A DNA stretch of 64,000 nucleotides. Source: Neolecta irregularis DAH-3 (Eukaryota). A program made the translations under genes and the position numbers. Positions 1-9,499 of the stretch are shown here, in pieces. Below the pieces are notes generated by a model, which saw only the letters and a list, made by a program, of their open reading frames with translations, searched no databases and was not told where the DNA came from. The DNA lies in assembly GCA_001929475.1 (NCBI GenBank), contig LXFE01000157.1, forward strand, positions 1 to 64,000, written 5' to 3'. How positions within the stretch are numbered: the first letter of the stretch is position 1; the number at the start of each line of letters is the position of its first letter.

Positions 1-200
1 GTTTGATTCTTAATACCTTTTGACACCGTTACTACCACCTTGGTGTATTATAGCATTTCATGATAAGGCCACAATGTCTGATTCTTAACATCGTTCTACT
101 CCCGGCGCTATCCTGAATCTAAACATTCTTGCCTCAAACGGCTCTTCTCAAAATCAAGGATATAATCTCCAGTTCCCCGCTACTCTTCTTGGCATTTGTC

Positions 201-2220
201 ATGGCTACTCCCTTTGTGCAAAGCACTTCCCCGTTACTTTCCAAATCGCTCAATTTGGAAGGGTCGGAGTATGATGCACAGTCACAGACCGTCATCACAA
301 TTGCAGAGTCATTCATGCGCGATTTCTCAGTGGCTATGGAGAAGTGTCATATCGACAGAATTGTTGGGTTGATTCACCCTGACGGTTGGTGGCGAGATAT
401 GCTGGCTCTAAGTTGGGAACATCGTACAGTTCATGGCACTGACGAGATCCACAAGTTTCTCGTCCTGTATCTTGCAAAAATCCGGATTTCCTGCATTAGG
501 CTTGAAGATGGAAAGATACCTGTCTTGTCTAATATAGAAGGCGCTTTTGCTTGGATCGAAATGTTCTTCAACTTTGAGACCGAGGTCGCCGTTGGTCGGG
601 GTGTAATCAGACTGCGACAGGATCGAAATACTTGGAAAGCTTTTACAATATATACTTGCGCTTCAGAGCTCAAGGGATTCGAAGAAAAGGTAGGTCCGAC
701 TCGAAGCAGTGGTACAATTCACGGCGAGATTCTTGGTCGGAAGGGTTGGTCTGAAAAACGTCGAGAGGAAATAGAGAAAGGAGAACATGAAGTTCTTATC
801 ATCGGTGCTGGTCAAGCTGGTCTTTGTACAGCTGCAAGCCTTGGCATGCTTGGAGTTGATGCTCTGATAATTGAAAAAAACGATAGAATTGGCGACAATT
901 GGCGAAAACGCTACGAGTTTCTTGTCTTGGTATGTCCATCCCAGGATTAGCATTGGCTTGCCAACACTCTAGCATGATCCTGTCTATTATAACCATTTTC
1001 CATATCTTCCTTACCCAAAACACTGGCCAGTTTTTACTCCAAAAGATCGGCTAGCTGATTGGTTTGAATGTTATGCAGCTGCTCTCGAACTGAACGTGTG
1101 GACTCATACGACACTTGTAACGATAAACTTTGATCAAGAACGTAAACGCTGGATTGTTAAGGTCATCCGCAAGGATGGGACCAAGCGAACCATAACTCCG
1201 GCACATATTGTCATGGCCACCGGTCTTGATGCAAACCCGAATATTCCAAGTTTCAAAGGGATTGAGAGTTTTGAGGGAAATGTTCATCATGCAAGTGCGC
1301 ACAATTCTGGGAAGAATTGGGCTGGGAAGAAAGTCGTAGTCGTTGGCTGCTGCAACTCGTATATTCTTAAATGCCTATGAGGCTAACATTAAAGTGGAAT
1401 GGACATTAGCCATTTCTTGTACGAACAAGGTGTTGAGGTAACTATGGTGCAAAGATCCAGTACATATGTAATGTCCAGTATGCACGGGATCAAAATTCTC
1501 TTTCAAGGCCTTTACGAGGAAGGTCGTTCTAGGGATGTTGTACATAGTTGACGCTCTCAGGCGGTCCCCCAACAGAAGATGCTGACCTCGTATTCGCTTC
1601 TATTCCAATCCCAGTCATGGCAAAGCTTCACCAAATCAAGACCAAGGAGATTGCAGAGTTAGATAAGGAGATTCTTCATAACCTTGAAAAAGTCGGATTC
1701 AAGTATGACATGGGTATCGATGGAAGTGGGTTTTTCATGAAATACTTGAGTCGAGGTGGGGGATATTATATTGACGTGAAGCATCGCTAGTCCCGCAACT
1801 GAATTATAGGTAGGCTGCTGTAAACTCATTGGAGATGGAAAAATTAAAATTAAACAAGGAGTAGAAATCGATTCCTTTGACAAAGATGGAATTATTTTCT
1901 GCGATGGGTACCACCTTTCCTGTTTCGTGAATCATATCTAATCATCAAGTTCGAAACTTGAGGCTGACATCGTTGTGCTTGCAACTGGCTACAGAAAGGA
2001 TGTGCGAGAGACTGTCCGCAAACTTTTCGGCAATAAAGTCGCCGATTGCTGCAAGGAGGTGTGGGGATTGAACGAGGAAGGTGAACTTCGGGGCGCGTGG
2101 CAGCGATCCGGCCACCCTGGTTTGTGGATTGTCGGAGGAAACCTTCACTTTTCAAGATTCTGTAGCAGGAACCTGGCCTTACAGATCAAGGCAATCCAAG
2201 AAGGTTTATTGGATTATTAA
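201..2220 (+). CDS. Flavin-containing monooxygenase (FMO/YUCCA-like family with N-terminal SnoaL-like domain), 6 exons
   Basis: Contains the FAD motif GAGQAG, HDPVYYNHFPY, the FMO motif FEGNVHHASAH, the NADPH motif VVGCCNSG, ATGY and the C-terminal LALQIKAIQEG. Five short GT-AG introns (e.g. 930-972) join the ORFs. Confidence 0.92.
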
Positions 2221-2649
2221 AGAAAATGATAGATGTGGTCCATAGTAGCTTGTTTAAATAATATGAAATTATTCAATTGTCGCTTTCTCCATTAACTCTA
2301 ATCGAACATTAAAGAAACTCGAGGTTGACAAACTTGTGCTTACATCTGAGTGAACAATGTTTTGATTATGAAGAAAAATTGTGTACAATCACCAAATACA
2401 TATATTACATCCCAGTGGACTAGATACCTTGAAGATATTTACTATGAATCTTTGTGAGATCATGGGTAGAAATAAAAAAAAATTATCACCATTCTCTTTG
2501 CAATGCAGCCAAACGATCTTGAGATCATTTATTGGCTGATGAGCTAATATCATATATTAATGCTTTTGTATATGAATTGTCTGCAAACTCGGTCTCTAAG
2601 CCCCCAAAGTGATTTTTAACGATTTCCGCTCCAAGATCTCAGTAACAAG

Positions 2650-4681
2650 TCAATATTCCAGCAGGCCTTCTTGGATTGCTTTTATCTGCAACGCCAAATG
2701 CTTGCTATGGAATCTCGTCATCATGAGATTTCCACCCATATACCAGAATCCCGGGTGCCCAGAACGTCGCCATAGTCCTTGAACTTCTCCTTCGTCGTCC
2801 AATCCCCATACATCACTGCATCGATCTGCAACTTTGTCTCCAAGAATTTTACGAGCTGCTTCCTTCATATTTTTGTATCCCGTGGCAAGAACAACTACAT
2901 CGGCTTCAACAATCGATCTAATGTATTAGATCAGAGATGGATCATAGAAGGATGCCCATCTTCAAATACAACACCATTCCGGTCGAAATGACTGATTTGA
3001 CCTTGCTTAATCTTGATTTTCTTTTCGATGATTAGTTTCGAACAACCAATCTAAGGGTATTAGCTCTTGTACTCACTGAGCAGAGTTTATTCTCACATCA
3101 ATATAATGTCCTCCTCCTCGATGAAAGTATTGCGATAACACCCCTGCATCGTTAATTCCGCGATTGAGTTTGAAGCCAGCATTCTCGAGACCTTCGTATA
3201 GATCTTTGTCAGCTACCTCGAGCTGCTTTATTTTGATTTTATGTATCTGTTCAAGAAAGTCGAATGGCACCGATTGAAACAAGAGGTCTGCATCTTCAGT
3301 TGCTGGACCGGCTGATTTATCAGTTTCGCCTTTTGTGACAGGAAATGCATACATCCATCAAATATGCCTTTGTAGATCGTACTGTAGATACTCTCAAGGG
3401 TTACAACCAACGTACTTGACCTTTGAATCATGGTGGTATCTGCTCCATGCTCGTAAAAATCTTGTGCTATGTCATGTGCTCTTAACCATAAAGCATTGTC
3501 TAGTCAATAGTTTCTTACGAATTAGCGGATCCAACTACAACAGCCTTCTTCCCGGAAAAGTCTTTTCCCGTGGTATGTCGATTTGAATGGTGTACAATGC
3601 CTTCAAAGTCTTCAATACCTGGTATGTAGGGGATGATGGGTTGGCCATTTTGACCTGTTGCAAGAATAATATGAGACGGATATAACGTGCGAACAGTTCC
3701 ATCGGCTCGTATAACTTTGACTGTCCATTTCTTAGAGGCTTCATTGAATGTCGTCTCTCCAGTTACTGACTTTGTCCAAACGCGCAATTCAAGAGCTTTT
3801 GCATAGCTCTCAAACCAATCTGCAAGACGATCTTTTGGAGTGAAGACAGGCCAGCTTTCCGGGAAAGGCATATAGGCAAGATGGTCAGTATATACCGGAT
3901 CATGCTAAACGTGAGAAACGATTACGAATTTGTCAGGCTGTACCAATACGAGAAATTTATATCGCTCTCTCCAATTATCTCCTATGCGCTCGTTCTGTTC
4001 GACAACTAGAGCATTCACATTTAACATTCCCAGGCGCGCAGCCATAGTAAGTCCTCCTTGACCTGCGCCAATTATAAGAACATCGGGATTTCCTTGTTCA
4101 ATTTTCTCTTGCCATTCTTCAAGCCAGCTTTGGCGCCCGAGTTTCTCTGAATGACTGACTCCTTTCTTTCGACGGAGGCCGATTGCTTCTTCAAACCCTT
4201 TTAACTCATTCATTCGTGTGAAGATGATATGAGCTTTCCATTGATCTTTGTCCAGCATCAATCGTATAACTGACCTGCCTCGAGCAATCTTGGTTTCAAA
4301 AGATGCGATCATCACGATCCACTTGAATATGCCAGCGGCATTAACCAGGAACGGAGTTTTTCCTGCTTCGAGAGCAAAGTATGAGAATTGAGTATCATTG
4401 AGCCGCTTCTCGAGAACCGCGCGGATGGAGGCCTTTCCGCGAAAAGTATGATATTCCCAAGTCAAAGCCAACATATCTCTCCAGCTGCAGTCCGGGTGAA
4501 TCACTTCAAGAAGCGATTCTATATCGTTATTCTCCAAAGCCGATGAAAATTTCCCCATGAACAAGTTCGCTTGTCCAATTACATTGATAGTAGGGCATGT
4601 AGGCGGAGAAATTGCAGGCCTTGAGGTATCATGACCTTCTTTCTTTAGAGGGAGCACAGGGATATGCAACGGGGCAGTCAT
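2650..4681 (-). CDS. Second flavin-containing monooxygenase, a convergent paralog with 6 exons
   Basis: Contains GAGQGG, HDPVY, FEGIVHHSNRH, VVGSANS and LALQIKAIQEGLLEY. It has the same five intron positions as the + strand paralog; the last intron (2918-2955) is GC-AG. Confidence 0.92.
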
Positions 4682-5212
4682 GATGAACAACAATTCACAA
4701 GGGAAATTATGGGCTTATATTCTTGCCCGTGGTTCCTACGAAGGATTCCTTTACCATTCTCACTAGGCTTGGATTACACTAATGTTATTAGCCGACAGGT
4801 TTCAGATCCTGTAACTCTGAGTAATAATGACAAGCATTTTGAACTGCGAACATCTCGACCTTTGGAGTCTATTCAGTTACCCTCATCAACTATCCTGTCA
4901 TGTCGTTGATTTTAGCTGGTGATGCTTGCTGCAACCCCAGTGAAAAAGTCAAGTAGAACAGATTCGGGCACCTCCGATGATAGCCTAGAACCTTGATGAT
5001 AGAACTATCAATCGAAGAAGAACCTTTTAATTTCTTAGATCATCTGTAACCTAAACTAGGGGCATCTTAACATAAATCCCTCATTTATCCGCTTGAGGAC
5101 CTGAATGTGTGTAAAGTCAAAACGGGCTTGTGAACTGGCTAAGGCCTTTGGTCTGAGAGTTTGCAATAAGTTTCCTTGTAACCATTCTTTTTAGTCTCTC
5201 AAATAGAGGCCT

Positions 5213-5363
5213 ACAAGCTCGTGTAAAAAAAGCCGGATCATGCTATTTGATTAGGGTCGTTAACACAGACCCGGATATCCAGAGACAAGCTCGTGTAAAA
5301 AAGCCGGATAGCAAAATCATATCAGTTGATTAGGGCCGTTAACACCGACCCATATATCCGGAG
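5213..5363. repeat. Two degenerate tandem copies of a ~72-79 bp unit
   Basis: ACAAGCTCGTGTAAAAAA(A)GCCGGAT...TTGATTAGGGYCGTTAACACMGACCC..ATATCCRGAG starts at both 5213 and 5285. Confidence 0.85.
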
Positions 5364-5627
5364 ATAGACTTGGTGGAAGCTCGTTATGGTTGAGAAGAAA
5401 CGCTTTCTGAAAAGTCATGACACTCTTGTATGATGGAAAGCCAATGATTGACAATTATAACAGAAACCTACTACTGGTTCTTAGTGTATCTCTTTGGCAT
5501 GTTTATAAATTTTAGCTATACTTTGTCGGTCCTGCCAATGACCATGTTGCTCCTTGGCCCAGTAGGAGCGTGGGGGTGGTGGGGTGTAGTCTGGCTAGAA
5601 TCATGATCACTTTGACCTTGACTCCAC

Positions 5628-6305
5628 ATGACCACCACTCTTAGTGCAAAATCGCACAGCGGTATTCCTGAATCGCCTTGGATTGAAAGCGTCGATGTTT
5701 TCCTTCAATCGAGGGATCAGGTGGAGCCGAAACTACAGGAATTCCAAGAACTGATTCAGTACCCGTCCCAGCAGCAAATCGACTTCTGACAAACGCTAGG
5801 AAATACAAATACATGGAAAGTCAATTAGTGAAAAAAGCAAGCGGGTTAGCTCAGAAAATTCCGGACATTGACAAGACCTTGATGACCGTGAAGGAAATAC
5901 AAAAGAAAACTGTATGCTCTCTCTTCCTTTGAACCATGGGCTAACAAAATACTCAGGAGCAAGAAGAGGATGCAGATGTTCTATATGAGTTAAATGACAC
6001 CTTAAAAGCTCACGCTAGCATACCTCCGACAAAAGAGGTGTACCTCTGGCTCGGGGTATAAATTGAGTTCGTAAAACAGCTAAGTCATTATTCAGGCAAA
6101 TGTAATGCTGGCGTATCCGAACCAAGAAGCAGTCGATCTTCTTGAACGAAAACTTCAGGATGCGAGAGGAAGACAACAACAATGCAAAGCAGATATCAGC
6201 TTCATTCGGGAACAAATTACAACAACAGAAGTATCGATTGCCAGAATTTACAACTGGGACGTGAAACAGAGAAGAATGCAAAAGGAAAATATTGATGTTC
6301 TTTAA
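5628..6305 (+). CDS. PAC10: Prefoldin subunit 3, 4 exons
   Basis: Spliced translation contains GIPESPWIESV, KYKYME, YELNDTL, VYLWLGANVML and FIREQITTTEVSIARIYNWDVKQRR. Confidence 0.93.
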
Positions 6306-6332
6306 AATAGATAAAGATAGTCGTGAGGTATT

Positions 6333-7248
6333 TGTAGTATGAGAACTCGGTGTAGGGAGTCAATTCTCTCTCCTCCACCTCCAGTCCCGGCCCCCCATCG
6401 AAGACCGCCATTCCCGGCCCCGCCATCACCGCGCCCGTCCTATCTCGCCTGTGCCTGCTCTGCCCTCCCGCCTCATCTGTCCCGCGCGTCCCTCCTGCCT
6501 CGTCCGCCAGCTTGCCGCATCCCGTATGCCTCTCCATCTTTGCCTCCAAGGCAGACTACACCCCCGAGCTGGACCCGCGACTCGTCCCCCTCCGAGTACA
6601 GGTCCATCAAGGTCCGCAGCCTCAACATCGTCCAGGCCCATCCCACCCTGCGCTACAGCAACCGCCACGACCACCTCCCCCAGTCTGGTCCGGCTTGTCC
6701 AGAAGTCTCGCGTCCTTCCGCAGGTCCGCCAGGATCACTGACATAGCTGACGATCTCAACGTAAAGAAATGAGGATACTTATCGAACGCGTTGATTAGTA
6801 CGCCTAGGATATCCGTGCGCTGCCAGTCGTAGGAGTGCTCTGACGCCGCCTTTCCGCTGCCGGCGAGCTTTACGGCGTACAGCGCCTCGATGAATGAGAA
6901 AAACTCATTGAGCATGCGGAACGAATCGGCAACCAGCTCCAGGGAAGGGATCGTGTAGCCGCAGACGATCTCAAACACGAAGGAGACCGAGTCGATGGCC
7001 AGCAGGGTGCCGATGCGGGTGGATCGCGAAAGGGGCGGCCTCAGGGCGGGTCCAGTTCTGGGATGGGAGCGAGCGGGCGCAGTCGGCCTTGGAGGTGAGG
7101 ACGGCGAGGCAAACGGGATGCGGGAAACCGCAGGCCGGCGGACGAGGCAAGAGGGACGCGCGGAACAAGTGAGGCGGGAGGGGAGAAGAGGCAAGGGCGC
7201 GGGTACTAGAGGTGGAGGGGAGAAAACATACCGAGTCCTTATACCACA
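6333..7248. mobile_element. GC-rich non-autonomous element with degenerate ~170-225 bp inverted arms (TGT...ACA termini) and captured gene fragment(s)
   Basis: The left arm (6333-6557) matches the reverse complement of 7081-7248, e.g. TGTAGTATGAGAACTCGG vs TGTGGTATAAGGACTCGG, and shared CCCTCCCGCCTCA..TGT.CCGCGCGTCCCTC.TGCCTCGTCCGCC and CCTCCAAGGC.GACT. An extra partial arm lies at 7249-7380. No TSD was found. Confidence 0.7.
6784..7032 (-). pseudogene. Degenerate N-terminal fragment (TM1-TM3) of a CDF zinc/cobalt transporter (ZRC1/COT1/zhf1 family)
   Basis: Translates as LSRSTRIGTLLAIDSVSFVFEIVCGYTIPSLELVADSFRMLNE...SYDWQRTDILGVLINA. The family motifs DSFHMLND and SYGWQR are mutated, there is no start codon, and it is truncated after TM3. 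Confidence 0.85.
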
Positions 7249-7426
7249 GCGCGGGACAGGTGAGGCGGGATGGGAGAGGAGGCACAGGCGGGATAGGAGA
7301 GTAGATAGGGCGGGATGGGAGAGGAAGGAGGGACTGGTGGGACTGGAAAGGCGGGCGGGACTGGAATGGCGGGCGGGACAAATAGTAAAGTGGATTGCTC
7401 TCAAATAATCATTTATCACAACCTCC

Positions 7427-7933
7427 ATGACCACCAGATTCATCGCCCGCCCTCTGTTCACCCTACATTACCACTTGAACTCACGCATTTCACACCTTCG
7501 TTCCTACTCAACCTCAAAAACTCTCGAGCTCACACCCCGCGCAGCCAAAGTTTGAGCTCCGCTTCCTGCATGCACTTATTCTAGCAACTACACCATATCA
7601 AACAACGCGAAAATAACCCAAACCTCCAGTTACGAGTCATTGTAGAATCAGGAGGTTGTCACGGCTTCCAGTACAAACTCTCTCTAGACGAAACATCCTC
7701 TCAAGACGATGTGTACCCTCCCTACCTTAAAGTTGTAACAAAGTAGTGTCTTTGAACGAGACGGCTCAAAGGTGATCGTTGATCAGGTTTCTCTGGATTT
7801 ACTAGATGGAAGCAAAGTCGATTATTCGACCGAATTAATAGGTTCGGAATTCAAGGTTATTGAGAACCCATTTGCTGTTAGTAGTTGTGGCTGTGGCACC
7901 AGCTTTAACTACAACTTTGAAAAGCAAGGCTAA
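7427..7933 (+). CDS. ISA2: Mitochondrial iron-sulfur cluster assembly protein IscA/ISA2, 3 exons
   Basis: Spliced protein has an Arg-rich presequence, LRVIVESGGCHGFQY, DYSTELIGSEF and SSCGCGTSF. Confidence 0.93.
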
Positions 7934-8025
7934 AGCCAATCTTTTGTAGTATAACATGAGCATGGGACTTTTCGGTATTCATTTCGCAAATTTATTTTAC
8001 TAATTATCTTGACACATTTCAACTT

Positions 8026-9334
8026 TTAATTCATCTGGCGGATCAATTTATTTATGAAATCCTCGCGATTGCCTAGATCGCCTCCTTGAATGAAATGTTT
8101 AAATTTTCGATTTCGAAAGGATCCGGTTGGATTACTCAATTTGAACGGCCACAGGAAGTTATTGACTTGTTTGAAATTAGGACCAACCGTAACTAATTCA
8201 CTACAACAGTTAATACATTACATTAATGGGGAGGGTGACATACTGAATAAGATCTTCAATACAGATAATTCCATATTTCCCGAGATGTTGTTCAATCATT
8301 TGATTATTGTCAATAGGAATTCGTTGACCGTTGATTTTGGCGTAGCCTCGTTTGTATACTAGTTCTCTTACACTTTTCAAATTTGGCGAGCCGTATGTTA
8401 CGTATGGCTCAACAAGTTGTAGCATCTGAGAAGTTGCTCGAGTGATTTTAATAAAAGTTCCGTTGTTAATTTGCAATAATCGCAACAGCTGGAGAATCTT
8501 TCTTGGCTTGGGTGCGATTTTATTGATTCTATACATTGAGCTTGGGTTGAATGGATACTCAGGTACCCCTTGATTCGAATTACAAAGGCCAATTTGGCCT
8601 CGGGTTCGACGTAGAAATCACCAGTGCTCTTAGCGAGTCGTCGAAGACGGATCTGTTCTCGTTCTGCTTGACGATACTCTGCAACATATTTCTCAGCTCG
8701 TTTGAATACAGTCTCTCGCTTTGCCTTGTGGTTCTGTAAATCAGCCACAGCCTCGAATCCCAGAATATAAAACAAATAAAGTCAGTCCCGAAAGATGGTT
8801 AACGTGGGACTTCATTGCAATTTCTTGCTAGTCTCCAGCGATATTATGTCATCATGCTTCTTGAATCAGGAAAAAAGTTTACCTTTTTCTTTTCAATGAG
8901 CGCAGCAAGCCGGTCTTGGCGTTGTTTCTCGTGCGTCTTTCTCTTCTTGAGAAGACTTTCAGGAGCAAGGATTTGCTGCTTTGTTGGTACTGTGCTGCAA
9001 CTGTTAATTTTCAATTCGCAAGGGAAAGTGAAGAGTCGGGGACATATGGGATGAACCCGCCAAACATTTATTTAATTCAAGCGATCATAAAAAAGGACCG
9101 CAGGAACAAAACCCTCTACGAGGAGATGTAGGGATAGTGTAATATACACTCTTTCAAAAAGATCCCGAGTATGTAATTAAAGAGACGGAATTTTCATCTT
9201 GTGCAATAACGCAAGAATACACATTTCGACTCTCAAAACACCGTGTCTCTGCCGAGAACAGTAGGAGAAAGTCTGCTGGCCGTATATTCGATAGAACTGA
9301 CAATAACGAAAAATAGCACTTACGTTCCGACCAT
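8026..9334 (-). CDS. RPL7: 60S ribosomal protein L7 (uL30), 5 exons
   Basis: Contains [48 protein letters not shown] and ICIEDLI. The first micro-exon ATGGTCGGAAC|GTAAGT (9334-9324) is inferred. Confidence 0.93.
8778..8860 (-). ncRNA. Intronic box C/D snoRNA in RPL7 intron 2 (snR39/snR39B-type guide)
   Basis: C box ATGATGA (8855-8849) and D box CTGA (8785-8782) with a short terminal stem. The 13-nt guide ACCATCTTTCGGG is complementary to the conserved LSU rRNA segment CCCGAAAGAUGGU. Confidence 0.85.
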
Positions 9335-9499
9335 ATGATGCGATAGGTGGTGGATGAGTGGTGTTCAATTTCTGACTGCTTTTTTCAATATTTGAATGTT
9401 AATAGTTTCGACTCGTATAATTAATGGAGATTCTGTCCGAATCGGGATCGGTTCCTCCTGCGTCCACCACGCGAACTTCATTTACTCAAAATCTTTATT

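Noticed and set aside
5213-5363. Possible CRISPR-like or telomeric array
   Set aside because: There are only two whole-unit copies with no unique spacers, the context is eukaryotic, and the TTAGGG motifs are isolated.
6339-7461. Many long overlapping Pro/Arg-rich ORFs on both strands
   Set aside because: These are a by-product of high GC and repeats; only the CDF fragment has recognisable homology.
9465-9476. ACGCGA MCB-like site upstream of POL1
   Set aside because: A single imperfect hexamer is plausible but not distinguishable from chance.
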